From: Macrostomum lignano
Lineage: Eukaryota
Assembly: GCA_002269645.1 (NCBI GenBank)
Contig: NIVC01000412.1
Location: 806,001-870,000, forward strand
DNA: 64,000 nucleotides
Direction of reading: 5' to 3'
Position numbers and translations under genes: made by a program. Shown here in pieces: positions 63,475-64,000 of this stretch (position 1 is its first letter; each line of letters begins with the position of its first letter). The notes below the pieces were generated by a model. The model searched no databases. It was not told the origin of the DNA and saw nothing but the letters and a program-made list of their open reading frames with translations.

Positions 63475-64000
63475 TCCTATATACTAAAAATGAAATGTCT
63501 GTAGCTATGCGATAGATTTCAGAAAAAATGGCTCAACCGATTTTCTTCAAACTTGCACCATTCGAACAGAAATTTTCCTGGGACGGTACATGCATCTTGG
63601 CTAAGAAATTGCTCAATGTTAAAGGGATTAAATATTCGAAAAACATGCTTTTTTGCAAAGGTCAAGCCAAATTTTCGACTTGAAATGCATTGTAAGAATT
63701 CTAGAGAAAAAACTGACTGACTGAATTCCGATTGTGATAAAGATTGCATCACAACAAGTTGAAAACAGTGCCGAAGAAATGCACACACGACTTGATTAAA
63801 ATTGCGTAACCATATTGATAACTTAAATTGAGACTGATTCTGGCTGACTGAGAAATTGATTATGTCATAACTTTTTACTCCGATTGACTTGCTGTAAGAA
63901 TTGAATTATAAGGGCCACAATTCATGTTCTCCAATTGAAAAGAGATAGCCCTGATGCGAACAGACTGGAATGCTAATGTAGCAACCTGGGTTCGAATCTT
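63475..64000 (+). mobile_element. Helitron-like element E (same family as A), truncated by the window edge
   Basis: TCCTATATACTAAAAATG start; closely matches the reverse complement of 27430-27972. Confidence 0.72.

Overview
Eukaryotic (metazoan invertebrate) genomic DNA: GC-rich spliced exons separated by AT-rich or minisatellite-filled introns. The overall style is reminiscent of a flatworm such as Macrostomum, but that is an inference. Five host genes could be assembled by hand: ODF3/SHIPPO-repeat gene (+), sphingosine-1-phosphate phosphatase (-), a 7-repeat protocadherin (-) and two multi-exon genes of unknown function (+). Mobile DNA is abundant. The most striking element is an intact, young tyrosine-recombinase retrotransposon (Ngaro/PAT-type split direct repeats, 4887-9409). 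Its sequence suggests a complex-retrovirus-like expression scheme: Gag from unspliced RNA, Gag-RT/RNaseH via an in-frame A_AAA_AAC -1 frameshift site plus hairpin, and the recombinase from a spliced mRNA (ATG 5070, donor 5103/5104, acceptor 7817/7818). It sits inside a foldback-like pair of inverted minisatellite arms. Also present: two head-to-tail chains of non-autonomous Helitron-like elements carrying satellites and tRNA-like boxes, a 5'-truncated LINE, two copies of a tRNA-derived SINE, a degenerate Tc1/IS630-like element, a foldback MITE, a minimal hammerhead-like motif and about 20 distinct tandem arrays. All calls are by eye; no searches were run, and array boundaries are approximate.
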